Below are positions 63,667 to 64,000 of a DNA stretch of 64,000 nt, one piece after another (the stretch's first letter is position 1; each line of letters opens with the position of its first letter). The stretch is from contig CDMY01000241.1 of assembly GCA_001179505.1 (NCBI GenBank), positions 62,001 to 126,000 of the forward strand, read 5' to 3'. The translations under genes were made by a program, and so were the position numbers. This DNA comes from Vitrella brassicaformis CCMP3155 (lineage: Eukaryota; Protista; Chromerida). The notes under the pieces are model-generated. The model saw only the letters and a program-made list of their open reading frames with translations. It had not been told where the DNA came from and ran no database searches.

Positions 63667-63799
63667 GCCGTCCTCCGATGCATTACGGTGATCCTCCAAT
63701 GCCGACACACAAGTTGAGCTACTGGATCAGTCAGCCGCCCCTCGCTGATGCCCTTTCGAACGGTGCAGGGTGGAAGGTGGAATGAAGCAATGAGTCAGA

Positions 63800-64000
63800 G
63801 CAGCAGGGTTTCGGGTCAAAGGGTTTCGCTTGTGTAAACGGAGTGCCCGCCTGGGGAGCCATCGCGTTTGTGGCTGCTGTGCTGTGTCTATGTGGTCAGG
63901 TCAGGTCAGCTCACCGTGATGGTTCGTTGAGAGGAGGTGTAGCGCATCCCTGCTGGTGGCCAGCAGCTGGAGCGCGGCGGCGTGCTAGGCGGCCACATGC
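63800..64000. repeat. Block upstream of paralog 3, duplicated at 33540-33720
   Basis: Near-identical to 33540-33720; continues to the window edge. Confidence 0.85.

Overview
Eukaryotic, GC-rich, intron-dense nuclear DNA with microsatellite-filled introns and five 300-N gaps. The gene families and intron style point to the chromerid alga Vitrella brassicaformis or a close relative (inference). About 19 gene loci were reconstructed by hand from GT-AG exons, so all gene models are manual. Conserved genes read through intact: an ALDH, glutathione reductase, a FAX/metaxin-like GST-fold protein and a MYND-finger protein. A class VI-like myosin has all motor motifs, though it spans gaps. Top findings: (1) a probably plastid-targeted protein with four tandem iota-carbonic-anhydrase-like (LCIP63/COG4875-type) domains, all carrying HNSG instead of HHSS; (2) a CBM20 + two dsRBD-like + RING gene; (3) three mosaic paralogs of a lineage-specific F-box-like family, all disabled, one carrying a C-terminal module shared with a different gene; (4) about eleven frame-breaking lesions confined to lineage-specific or fast-evolving genes; (5) a candidate GCGGTTT(T)C element recurring between divergent gene pairs. 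No rRNA, tRNA, CRISPR array or recognisable transposon was found.
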